This document shows positions 1 to 12,880 of a DNA stretch of 64,000 nucleotides, piece by piece. The first letter of the stretch is position 1. The number at the start of each line of letters is the position of its first letter. Origin of the DNA: the human T2T-CHM13v2.0 reference genome, Homo sapiens; NCBI RefSeq assembly GCF_009914755.1, contig NC_060942.1. One strand, given 5' to 3'. Made by a program: the position numbers and the translations under genes. The notes beneath the pieces were generated by a model, which saw nothing but the letters and a program-made list of their open reading frames with translations, searched no databases and was not told the DNA's origin.

Positions 1-232
1 GGATGAAAGGATGGATAGATGGGCGGATGGATGGATGGATGGATGGATGAGTAGGTGAGTAGATGGATGAAAGGATGAATGGATGGATGGATGGATAGAT
101 ACATGGATGAAAGGATGGATGGATGGATAGATAGATGAATGAAAGAATGGATGGGTGGATGGATGGATGGATGGATGAGTAGGCAAGTAGACAGATGGAT
201 AAAAGGGTGGATGAGTGGATGGAGGGATAGGT
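1..232 (+). repeat. Degenerate (GGAT)n microsatellite
   Basis: ggatggatggat arrays with gat/agat interruptions. Confidence 0.95.
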
Positions 233-332
233 AGTGGCCAATACAGACAAAGAATAGGTAAAATCAGTTCAATTTTGTGAAGGCTCAGGTTGACCTGTCA
301 CCAGTCAACACAATTAAAAATTATGAGCTCCA

Positions 333-631
<299 letters not shown>

Positions 632-769
632 TTATGAGCTCCAACCAGCAAAATAAGAATTAGCTAATGTGGGAAATTAATATCATTCCGTAAAGGAGAG
701 AGCACAGATCCAGGACTCTCCAGCACCTTCCATTTCCACTTAGACCTGCTGTCTGTCTGGGTTGTGCAA

Positions 770-1135
770 GCCACTTAACTACTGAGCCTCAGTTTCTCTA
801 CCAATTAAGCAGATATGATAATACCTGTGGCCTTTCCCTGTCTCCACAGGAGTGTCATGAGGGTAAAAGGAATGGTGCATACAAAGCATGTTGAGATCTT
901 CAGGGAAGATACATGTTTATAAAGATAGAAACATCATAACAATAATAACACCTTACGTTTGAATCAAGCTTTGCACTTATCAAAGCTCTTTCACATACGT
1001 TATTTCAATTGACTCTCCAAACAATCCTAGGCAGATACTATCCCTGTTCTCAGGTGAGGAAGCTGAGATGCAGAGTGATTAAGTGGCATGCCAGGGGCTG
1101 GTCTTAGTGTGTAGCAGGTCTTCTGACTCCAAGCC
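770..1135. mobile_element. Two MIR remnants in opposite orientation
   Basis: ctgagcctcagtttctc core at ~782 and caggtgaggaagctgag core at ~1051. Confidence 0.6.
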
Positions 1136-2490
1136 TGATGCCCATTTTTGATGATAGCCTTTCTTGGATAGATTATCTACTTCCCTGCCTCCCTGAACGG
1201 AGACCTAGACATAATTGGCCCTTTTCTTGATGACTCGTCATTACCATAGGCACAGTCCCTGGGCTGTCCTCCAGGTTTGGCTGTAGGTACAGGTCCAGGT
1301 CCCGCAGAGGCACAGGGTGGATGGGCCAGCTGTCCCGGAGGGTACTCCTGACGTGTAGGTGGCAACCATCCTAGAGCCCTGCAGGTGTGGTTCTTCTGAC
1401 TCTGCCTCATTCTTCCCCCTGTCCCCTTTGTCTCCACTGTCAGCATGTGTGCCCATTTCTGTGGCTTCCTCCGCCACCACGGCCTTTACCCGTCACTATC
1501 TTTTCTTCTTTGTTTCCCTCTCTCCTGCCCTACAATTCTTTCCACACCTTCAGCTTGTCCCCCCACAGCCCTGGCTCATCCACCGGCCCAGCCAGCCAAC
1601 CTCAGCTCCCAGGCTGGCTTTGTTCTCCCGCCAATCACAGCCCTCTGCAAACCTCCCACTTTGGCTCCCTCATGGCTGCCCCTGTGGCCACCTCCAGTCG
1701 CTACCAAAGGAAGGAGGCTCCTCCAGGCAGGGGCTGGGCTGAGCTTTTTCTGCAGCTGCATTAGGTGGCTTGGGTTTGCTCTCCCACAGTAGAAGGCTGT
1801 GCTGTGGGTGAGCTGAGGTGGTCAAGGTGGGCTGGCCAGCCCGGCTTGGATGGACACTGCACCCCTCACTAGCAAGGCAAGATGTTGGGATTGCCAGTGC
1901 TCATCCCTCCCTGCACAGCGAGGCTGCCCCATGAGTTCTCAGCACCCCCTTTCCCTCCCTGCAGGGTGGCATCCCAAGCTACCAGCCTGGTTACATCCTG
2001 GGCATGCCTTGGGCAGCCTGCCTGTGCCCGTGGCCCTTCCCCCAGGGACTCCAGGAGACTCCCACCAGGCTGCCTTTCTCCCTGGCTGCTGTGGGGCCTC
2101 CCACAGCCACAGCCTGACTGGAGCACCTTGGTTTCTCCCTGAGGGAGGATATGATGGGCGTGCCCACAACAAGTCTCCGGCAGAGACAATAGGACAGGAA
2201 TGCATTCGCTTCCGAACAAACACTGTGTGGGCTCGCACAATTGCCTTGGATTCTTGTCCAAGAAACACATTTTGCCGTTCGAGGGCACGGGAGGCTTGCC
2301 TGCCCCAGCCCGCCCACATCCCCGTCAGTGCCAGAGACTCTGATGAGTGGGCTGCTCCTCCCCCGACCCCAGGGCCTCTGACCCCCAGGTAGAGCAGGCT
2401 GGTCTCCTTCATGGATGCAGCTCGTCTTCCAGAGGTGACAGCAGAGGAGAGGGACAGTCCTGCCCACACAGAGGGTGCCTGCTCCTACCA

Positions 2491-3190
<700 letters not shown>

Positions 3191-3655
3191 CATTTTAACC
3201 ATTTTTAAGGGTGCACTTCTTTGGCATTAAGCGTATTCACACTGTTGGGCAACCATCCCCACCGTCCATCTCCAGAACTGTTTCACCTTCCCCAGCTGAA
3301 ACTCTGTCCCCATGAAACACTCCCCATCCTCCCTCTTCCCAGTTCCTGGCACCCACCATTCTGCTCCCTGTCTGTATGAATTTGACTACTCTAGGGACCT
3401 CATAGAAGTGGAATCATACAGTGTTTGTTCTTCTGTGCCTGACTTATTTCACTTAGCATAATGTCTTCGGGGCTCGTCCGTGTTGTGGCATGTGTCTCAA
3501 TGGCCTTCCTTTTTAAGACTGGGTGATATTCCCCTTGTATGGATTTACCACTTGTTTATTTATTCATCTTTCAGTGAACACTTGGGTTGTTCCGCCTCTT
3601 GCTATTGTCAGTAATGCTGCTGGGAACATGAGTGTCCAAGTCACTGTTCAAGATG
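3191..3655 (-). mobile_element. Old L1 (L1M, MB-like) 3' end
   Basis: gaagtggaatcatacagtgtttg..ttatttcacttagcataatgtc, typical of an antisense L1M 3'UTR. Confidence 0.8.
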
Positions 3656-5252
3656 CCGCTAATTTTTGAGATCTGTGTTTGAGCTAAGTGAAGCTGTTGT
3701 CTCCTGGCGATCCCAAATAGAACATACATAAATGAGAGAGCTAGTCGGCCCTCTCCGTACTGGCAGGGATTCGTTTATCCCCAAAATGAGCTGTCTCTTA
3801 GGAAATCAGAGCCCTGAAGAAATGGGACATAGGACAGGTCATTTAGGCCAAGATAGACAAGACTGGAAAGGTTCTTCCCTTGGGATGATACCCACTAAAG
3901 GCAAGTTCAGTAGGGATTTCTGGGCAGCCATTGGTCACCCTGAAGCATGGAGAGCCCGGGAGGGCAATGGCACTGACGGGGCCCCAGGGAGGAAGCCTGT
4001 GGAGTTGTGCCAAGGGCCCCCTGGAAGAGGCAGGCCAGACCCTTGTTCTGACACAGAGCAGCAGGTGGGGCCTTCAGCTGTGTGCCCCATCCAAGGGAGG
4101 CTGAGGGAGCATCCTCCACCATCCCTTCACCCCGAAGGGTCTGAGAATCCACTCTCAAAAGCCAGCAACCAAGCAGGTGTGTGTGGGGAGGACAGGACAT
4201 GGTCTGCAGCCACCAAGGCCCTTCCTGTGCTCTCTGCGTTCCAGCAACTGGGAGGGACAAGTAAGATGAGAAACTCCTTCCCTGACTTCCTTGAGAAAAC
4301 CCAGCAGGCCGTTTGCAAGAGGGCCTCTCGCACAATGTGGTTTTTGGCTTCATGCAGACTTTCCCAAACAACCCAGAGAAAGATAAGGTTGGAAGGGGGG
4401 GCTCTAGGGTTGAGAACCCGCCCCCAGCTCTGCCTTAGGGCCCTGGGCAGTCTGTCCTCTGCCCTGACAGGAGTTGGGGGAGTAGGGGGAGCAGGGGCAG
4501 TGGCCCCAGGAGCCTGCCTGCGGGGAGTTTGGGCGTGCCCAGGGAAGAAGGCATGGGAAGGGGAAGTCACAAAGATACGAGAAGGGAAGAAAAAGAGCAG
4601 GGAGACTGTGGAACCGCTCTGCAGGCCCAAGCAGCCCCATCACAGAAAGTGGAAGGCACGCAGGCTGTGGGCTGCAGAAGAGACGAGGAGGAGACCCTTG
4701 ATTGTCAGGGCAAAGCGCTCACTGTCAACACCCCTGGGACTCCGGGAGGCTTCCACGCAGCCCTGTCAGCGTCTCCCTCTCTCCTCGGAGGGAGATGCAG
4801 CCACATTGAGAGCCTCTAGTGCCTGGCAGGCCCTGGCTCTTCTCGAAATTTCTCATATTATTACTTCACTTGTCCCTAAACCTCAGAACCTGGCAGGCAC
4901 AGGCAAGGGACCAGAGCCCCCTGAGAAGCTAGTCTCAGGACACACCAGGGCCCCAGGCGCACTTCCCTCCCCGGGAGAAGCATTGACTGAGCAGCCCCAC
5001 TGTGTCAGCCAGCGACATCCGCCTGCGGCTGCTTCCCCAGCTGCCCTCCCTTCCTTCGCATCAGCTCCCGGGTTCTGCCTCTTCCCCACCCAGGGCCACC
5101 ACCCACTCTGTCTGGAGTTTCATTCCCACCAGATACTTACCTTCCCCCTTTCCTGTGATTTCTACCAGCAATTTTTATTTTAAGGATTTTTTTTTCCTGC
5201 TAAGCACCCTAGGGAAGCATATGAGGGAAATTTACTATAAGAAAGAAGTTCC

Positions 5253-5536
5253 AGCCTAGGTGGGGTGGTTCATGCCTATAATTTACCTAGCACTTTGGAA
5301 GGCCAAGGTGGGAGGATCACTTGAGCTCAGGAGTTCAAAACCAGCCTGGGCAACATAGTGAGATCTCGTCTCTAGTAAAAAATTTTTTAAAAATTAGCCA
5401 GACATGGTGGTGCACCCCTGCTCCCAGTTACTTGGGAGGCTGAGGCTGGAAGATTGCTTAAGCCCAGCAGGTTGAGGCTATAGTGAGCTATGATTGTATC
5501 ACTGCACTCTGCCCTGGGGGACAGAGTGAGACCCTG

Positions 5537-5569
<33 letters not shown>
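5253..5569 (+). mobile_element. Alu (J-type)
   Basis: Diverged dimer, long A-tail, aagttccagc flanking duplication. Confidence 0.92.
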
Positions 5570-5572
<3 letters not shown>

Positions 5573-7890
5573 CCAGCAAGACCACACAGAATTCTCCTGA
5601 TGTTAATCCCCATTTTCCCTGCTGAGTAAGTGTGGCTAGGCCCACCTTTCCCTCCGATCCCAGTCCCAGACAGTCACAGGACCCTCCCAGGCCCTGAACC
5701 AGCCCCTCGCAGTTGGATGTTGGACCCCATGACTCAGGTAGGCTTGCTGCAGGATGAGTCACACCCCCCACCTCCAACTTTTTCTAGAACCTGCTTACTA
5801 ATCTTTATCCCGGCCTCTTGGGTCCTCTAGATGAGGGAGACCGTTGCCTGTGGCCCAAGAAAGTCCCCCAGGCACTGACTGGTGGAAGCCTCCCTTGGCT
5901 CTCCTTGGGGATCCGCAGACCCCAGTGCGGGAGAGGGGTCACTGCCCCAGAGTAGCCCACATGGGCATACTGTAACTACTTAACCAGTCCCCTTGTTGGG
6001 AGAGGTCCAGGTTACTTTCAATCTTTTGCTCTAAAAATAGTATAGCAACTAGTGTACACGTGTTGTATGGCATGTGTGTGGTTATATGTGTGGGATAAAT
6101 TCCTAGAAGTAATATTGCTGGGTCAGAGGGTTTTGGACACTTCTGTTGTTGATGATTATCACCAAATTGCCATCTATAGAGTGATACCAGCTTGTATTTC
6201 TACAAGCACTCTATGTTTGCAGACGCATCGATAATAATTCTGTGCCATGTCCCTTCTGGTGACAGGGGTATGGGGAGGGGTAGGTAACCACATCCCCCTC
6301 ACTCTCATCTTTTCAAAGGTACGTGCATCAGAGGGCCTTGCAAGCAGTCTCTCTGGGTGAGCATTTTCCTTTCCTGTCACAGACTCTCAGCTGGGCGAGT
6401 TTTCTCCCTGCCTCCCAAAGCATGTTTCTGAGCAAATATTTTCCAGTGTGTGCCAGATGTTGGGGAGAGCAGTGGACCGACATCGCCCTACCCTCATGGA
6501 GCTTGCCTTCTAGAGCGGGGAGACGGGCAATAGGCAAACAAGTATATAATATGTCAGGGGCCGCAGAAAAGGGTGAGCTGGGAGGTAGGTGGGGGATGGT
6601 GGCTGCTCAGGGAAGGCCTGTCTGCCCTGGGGATGTTTGGGCAGAGCCCTGCATAGGATGAGGGAGTGAGGTCTGTGGATCTGCGGTGGCCAAGAATTTC
6701 CAGCGACAAGTATGCAGAGGCCCAGAGTTGGAAATATGTGGGTGGGATGCGAGACCCCGAGGGTCCTCAGTGCCTGTCACGTGTGCAGCCCATACTGTTC
6801 CCTCCCCTGGGTTGACCGTTGCTCTCCACCTGCTCATCATTTGAGCAGTTTAAGGCCCACCTCTGCTCACTCATCCCAAAACGATTTCTTTTCTGTGTAT
6901 CTGCTGCAAACCCAGTTCTCAGGCCAGTTCTGACCAAGTTACCAAGGAGAATGAGGTCTGGTCCCTGAAAGTGGCTCTGGCCAATCAAGCACTCCTACGG
7001 CCCTGGAGCCTGCACCCTAGTTTGGCCTGCAGCCAAGCCTGCCGTGGGTCCTCAGCTCCTGTGGTGAATGCTGTAGCTCCTGCTGCGGGGCCCCTAGGCT
7101 GGGTGGATGGATGCAACGTGACAGGAGACAGGAAGAATTAAGGATGTGCAGAATGCAGATTTTGAGCCAGCAACATGACCAGTCCCCAGGGTTGGCTGGG
7201 CATGATTTTGCCTCTCCTTCTTGACTATATCATGCCCAGATTAAAACTTTGGCTCCAGCTCTCCGTGAGTAAATGAGGATGTGCCCTCAGAATGCCATCT
7301 TTTACCCTCTTCTCACCTTCTACCCTTCCTTTTAAAAATGCAAAAAAGAAATGCATAAATCATGTTGACCAACAGTTCATGAATCCCCACTGTTGCCAGG
7401 GGCTTTGCTTGGGGTTAAAGGGCAGCAGAGATGAATTTGGCACTGTCCCTGACTTCAAGAAGCCGACAGTTCACCCTGGAAAATGTCTTAACTTGTGTGG
7501 AATGTGCATGGGGGGGAAAGCAGGAGTGCCTGGGAGTGAGAAGCAGGGAGGGCAGGGACTGGGGTGGTCAGGAAGGGTCCGAGGAACAGCTGGGAAGTGA
7601 CCCAGCCTTAAAGGATGGAGAGAGGATGGAGAGCCCCAAAGATACAAAGTCATTTGGAGTCTAAACACCAGCTATGGAGTGCGGCCCTTTAACCTGCATG
7701 GGAAGAAGTCATGGAAACCCATGGCTTTAACCAAAGAGGGGCCTGAAGTAGAAATGATTTCTCCCTGGCCCCAAGCTCTCACCTTCCCCATCCACTCTAG
7801 AGGCAAACGTGTGCAGGCCTGACCCGTCTTGCTCTCTGCCCCTGCTGCTGCCCTAGGCCACACTGCCACCATGCCTGGCCAGGTCCCTCA

Positions 7891-8186
<296 letters not shown>

Positions 8187-9562
8187 GATGTATACAATGT
8201 GGAGTGATTCAACCACACTCATTGACATATTCATCACCTCACAAGTGCTGCTTTGCATCACAGTGCTTACCGCCATCTGATAGAGATGTTTATTGGTTTG
8301 TTTTCTGCATTTCCACCGCCCCGGAGCTGCATTTCCACCGCCCTGGAGCAGGGCCTGGTCTGTCTTGTTCTCTGCAGTGAACTGTGCTGGCCTGGCGCAG
8401 GCGCTCGGCAGGTACTTGTGACTTTGTCTCTTTTGTTTTGGTAGATCTGTGCTGCTTTCGAAGTGCCACCTCGGCATCTCTCTACAGTGTGATCAAGGAG
8501 ACCTGGCATCTGGAACAGGACTGTGTTGAGATCAGAGAGACCCAGTCTGTAGTCTGATTGATCTCTACTGACTTTGAGGTTATGGAAGTTGTAGGAAGGT
8601 TGTTGTTATGGTTTATACAGCATGTAGTATATTTTCATTCATTCCACATTCCACTCAATATTTGAGTACCTACTAGACATAGTTCAAGGATTTCTGTACA
8701 TGAAATGTGCCAAAATGCTTCTCCATAAAAGCAGTGAATCACCTTTGCATGAATTGAGTTAGATGTTGGTTACTGGGCTCCCTTGAGTTGTGGGTTAGGA
8801 GTTAACTGTGGCCTGACCTGGATCCCCGTGACTAGGTGATGCTCTCGAGTTTGCCAGCAACAGAACCGTCTCTGCGTCCAACATCTCCTAAGCGGGACAG
8901 TAGCGTGGGCTGTGGCATGCTAGGAAGATCACTCTGGCCAGTTGTGTACAAGATAAATTGCAGGGGAAGGAAGTGGGGACCAGGATGACGCATCAGGACG
9001 CGGGACAGTCCTCCATGAGGGAAGCAACAAAACCTCACCTTTGAGTAAGGCCAGGGACCTGGAAAAGTGGGACTAAAATGTCTCCAGGACGTTTTACCAG
9101 GAAAACTACCAGAACCTGGTACCTTCTTGGTTATGGATGGTAAGGGGAGAGCAAAATGACTGAGGTTTTGAGCTGGAGGTGACATGGAGCTGCTTTGAGG
9201 CAAAGATGATAAAGCCATAGTGTCATCCAGAAAGTGAAGCCCAATGAGTGTGGGAAGGTTCGTGCAGACGAGCTAGATGTGGGGTCCCTGAGAGTCGTGA
9301 TGATCGACATGGCAGGAGGGGACGGCATTGAGAAGAGCAGAAGCTTGACAATAACTATTTGGGGAGGAAAATATTGGAGGAATGCCTGTTTTAGGAACTG
9401 AGAGAAAAAGCATTAGCCAGCAAAGAGGGCTGTGGTAGGAGTGGTCCGTGGGGCTTGGTGAGCTTCTCGGAAGCCACGCCCAGAGAGGGTTTCAGGCACT
9501 CGGTGTCAGCACACCAGTGCTGCTGGGGCTTCAAGAGAGAGTGAATCAGAAAACTGGGACAT

Positions 9563-10233
9563 AGCAAGCATTGGTGAGGCTGTAGAGAAACCAGAACCCT
9601 CATGCATTGCTAGTGAGAGTGTAAAATGATGGAGCCATTGTGGGAAAACAGTCTTGCAGCTACTCAAAAAGCTGAACATAGAGTTACCACATGACCCAGA
9701 AATTCTAATCCTATGTAATATCCAGGAGAATTGAAAACATGCATCCAGGAAAAGCCTGGTACACGAAGGTTCATAGCAGCACTATTCCTAATAGCTAAAA
9801 GGTGGAAACAACGCAAAAGTCCATTAACAGATGAATGGATAAACAAAATGTGACATATCCTTACAATGGAATATTAGTCAGCCACAGAAAGGAATGAGAT
9901 ACTGGTATATGCTACAACATGAATGAACCCTGAAAACATTAAGTGAAAGAAGTCAATCACAAAAGGCCACATATTGTGTGATTCTATTTCTATAAAATGT
10001 CCAGCACGGGCAACTCCATAGAGACATAGAATCGGGGGGAGTTGCCAGAGGCTGGAGTGAGGAGGAACAGGGAATGGCTGCTAGTGGGTATGGGTTTGTA
10101 TGGGGAGTGATGAAAATGTTCAGAACTTAAATAGTGGTGATGGTTGCACAATTCTGGGGATATCCTAAAAAGCACTGCATTATATACTTTAAAATGGTGG
10201 ATTTTGTGTTATGTGAATGGTATCTCAATTTAA
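9563..10233 (+). mobile_element. L1M (MB-like) 3' region
   Basis: catagagttaccacatgacccag..aatggaatattagtcagcc..gaatggtatctcaat. Confidence 0.85.
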
Positions 10234-10894
10234 AAGAGACAGAGAGATTGAGAGAATGAGCCAGGCAAGTCGGGGGAAGCATGGACTGTAGCACGGCAGG
10301 ACTGAGCGCTGAGCAGCCCAGCCATGGCCCTAGTTAGGAAACAGTTCCAGCCCCTGAGTAAGTCCACAGGTTTGTGGGTTTGAAAGTCTACAGCACTGGG
10401 CCAGTGGAGAAGAGGGCTTTGACTCCTGGACTTCCTCCTGTGGCCAGGGCCCAGGGGTGCCTGAGTCAATGGCTGAACCTCCTCACCCATAGAGGAGTTA
10501 CCAATTATACGTCTCTAAGCTAATTTCATTTCCCTGAGGACTTCTGCTGACCAGTTGTTAACACTGGATGATCCCAGCGCACTCACTGCTGCAGGCTTTC
10601 TCTTCAGTGGCCTCTTGAATCACGGTGTTCAGACCTGGCCCAGGGGCTCCACATCGCACCATCACACTGACCTCCAGCTGCTCTAACCCTGTCGGAGAAA
10701 TCACGGCCACCCGGCGCAACCGACTTTCTGCTCTCTGACTTTTGTGGGCTCTCACTCTAGCCTGAACCTTGGAGATGTTTGTTACAGGCCGCATCAGGGC
10801 TGGGGCTGCAGGTCGGCGGGGGCTGCAGGGAGCTACAGGGCCCAGTAGCCGGCATGTCTCCTTCAGTGGTGCTCTCTGCCCCTCTCTTCCACAG

Positions 10895-10948
10895 CTCTTG
10901 CAATCTCAGGATGTGAAGGAAGATGCTGTCCTTTGCTGCTCTATGGAG
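10895..10948 (+). CDS. CTIF: CTIF penultimate coding exon (LLQSQDVKEDAVLCCSME)
   Basis: Polypyrimidine tract plus acceptor (ctctctgcccctctcttccacAG, AG at 10893-10894) and donor GAG|gtaagc (GT at 10949). The exon is 54 nt, phase 0-0, and joins in frame to the 12665 exon, giving the recognised CTIF MIF4G C-terminal sequence. Confidence 0.93.
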
Positions 10949-12664
10949 GTAAGCTTTGGGGCTTCGACATCCCCAACCTCAAAGCCGGTGCATCTCTCAT
11001 GCCTTAACGGTTCTAGGGGCACGAGGGTTGTTGGAGGCATTTACAAGTCCAGGGGAAGGTAGGTGGATGGCTTCAGGAGTGGGCATGGACTTCTGCATCC
11101 AGAATTATCCACCCCAAGCCAGAGTGAACACTGATGGTGAGAGCAGCTCACCCCTGACTGAAGGGAGAGAGAAGTGATTCCCTAGACAGAGCAGTGGCAT
11201 TGCCTACTTCCCTGTCCCCCAAAGACCCCCTGCGCCCCAGCTCAGGCATGCCACACAAATGACTTAAGAAGTTCCTGATTACCTCTGCCCTCAAATATTT
11301 CCCTTTGCTTTGCTAATGCTTGGCAATGCAGTGCTGGCACAGCCCACCCGAAAGCACCCCTCTTGGGAGGTGCCACTCCTGTCCCTAAGCTGTGGCCCCT
11401 GCTAATGGAGACTCTTCCTCTGGGCTCTCCCTTTAGCGCCTGGCTTTGGCCCAGTCCCTGGGCAGATCTCTGCCCTCTGCAGATGGTCCAGAGTCACTCA
11501 GAGTGGGATGCAGGCAGGAGAGGGGCTTCCAGACGAGGACCTGGGCCTGGCAGCTGTCATAAGCATACTCAGGTGGCTTCCGCCTGGCTGCAAAGGCCTC
11601 ACTGAGGAGCTCAGAGGCCAGAAGCACTGGGAGCCAGATGGCAGTCTTGGGTCTGTGGGACTCAGTTTGTTTGTTGGCCTCCAGCTGGGCACCCTACAGG
11701 GGGCTTGGGATTAGGGGGGAATTAGGGAGAAGGAGAAAGCCTGGTCCTTGCCCTCAGGCAGCTTCCAGTCTGGTTAGGAATAGCTCTCACACAGAGAGTA
11801 GATAGAATAAGTGTAAGTACAGAGACATCCCTGAAGAGTCAGGGGAGAGAGGTCAGGAAGGGCTCAGGGGTTCAAGGGAGGCTTTGTGAAGAAGGCAGAG
11901 ACTAGAAAAATGAATGGGACAAGGCTGGGGACCGAGACGGGGACTGAGATTCTATAGAGAGGGCCTGGGGGGCACTGGCCAGGGGTGTGCTGGTCCAGGA
12001 ATAGGGGCTCCTTCCCAGTGGGCTTTTCAAGATTATCTAGGGCTCTCCTGACGGCCTCTGGCTGGCCTTCTTCCCCAGTTTGTATTTCTCTCCCCCACTT
12101 CCGGTCACAAGCATGAGCAGAGGTCACTTCTGGGGGCTGGGAGATGGGATCAGGATCAGGAGAAAAGGAGAGCGAGAGAAACAGGAGGCATCACCCCTGC
12201 TCTCAAGTTCCAATGGACACATGTAATAATGACTAAGCTCTTTGCCAGAGAGACGCCCCAGCAAGTGAAAATGACCACAGGGCCCCCTGATCACCAAGGG
12301 GCACAGATCATGGAGCCATTTGAGGGTGCGGATGTAGTCAGGGAAGGCTTCCTGGAAGAGGGAGGCTCTTGGGTAAAAGGGACAAGAGGCATGTTCCTGG
12401 TGACAGCTCTTTCAGCCCTGGGCAGTAGGCAATATTCGGATCCCTCTGGATCCTGCTGGCAGATTGGTTGGTAAATGTGAGCTCTCACTCTTGGCTACTC
12501 CACCTTCCACTCTCCCTGTCCTCATTCCAGCTGTGGCACAGGGGTCTGGGCCTGTGTGTCCTTAAGACAACCCAGCTATTTCCTATCCCTGCCCACCTAA
12601 TCAGGGTGGCCAGTGGGCCACTGTGGGACCCGAGGCCATCCTAACCCCACATCTCTGTCTGCAG
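10949..12664 (+). other. CTIF: CTIF last intron (GT-AG, 1716 nt)
   Basis: gtaagc...ctaac...tctgcag. Confidence 0.9.
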
Positions 12665-12880
12665 CTGCAGAGTACAGGCCGGCTGCTGGAGGAACAGCTG
12701 CCTGAGATGATGACAGAGCTCCTGGCCAGCGCACGGGACAAGATGCTGTGCCCCTCGGAGTCCATGCTGACCCGGTCGCTGCTCCTAGAGGTCATCGAGC
12801 TCCACGCTAACAGCTGGAACCCTCTGACGCCCCCCATCACGCAGTACTACAACAGAACCATCCAGAAACTGACAGCCTGA
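12665..12880 (+). CDS. CTIF: CTIF last coding segment (LQSTGRLLEEQLPEMMTELLASARDKMLCPSESMLTRSLLLEVIELHANSWNPLTPPITQYYNRTIQKLTA*)
   Basis: Branch-point-like CTAAC at 12641-12645, acceptor atctctgtctgcAG, strong GC3 codon bias and TGA at 12878-12880. The peptide matches the recalled CTIF C-terminus (helical MIF4G end, 'RSLLLEVIELHANSW'). Confidence 0.96.
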   Translation: MQSTGRLLEEQLPEMMTELLASARDKMLCPSESMLTRSLLLEVIELHANSWNPLTPPITQYYNRTIQKLTA

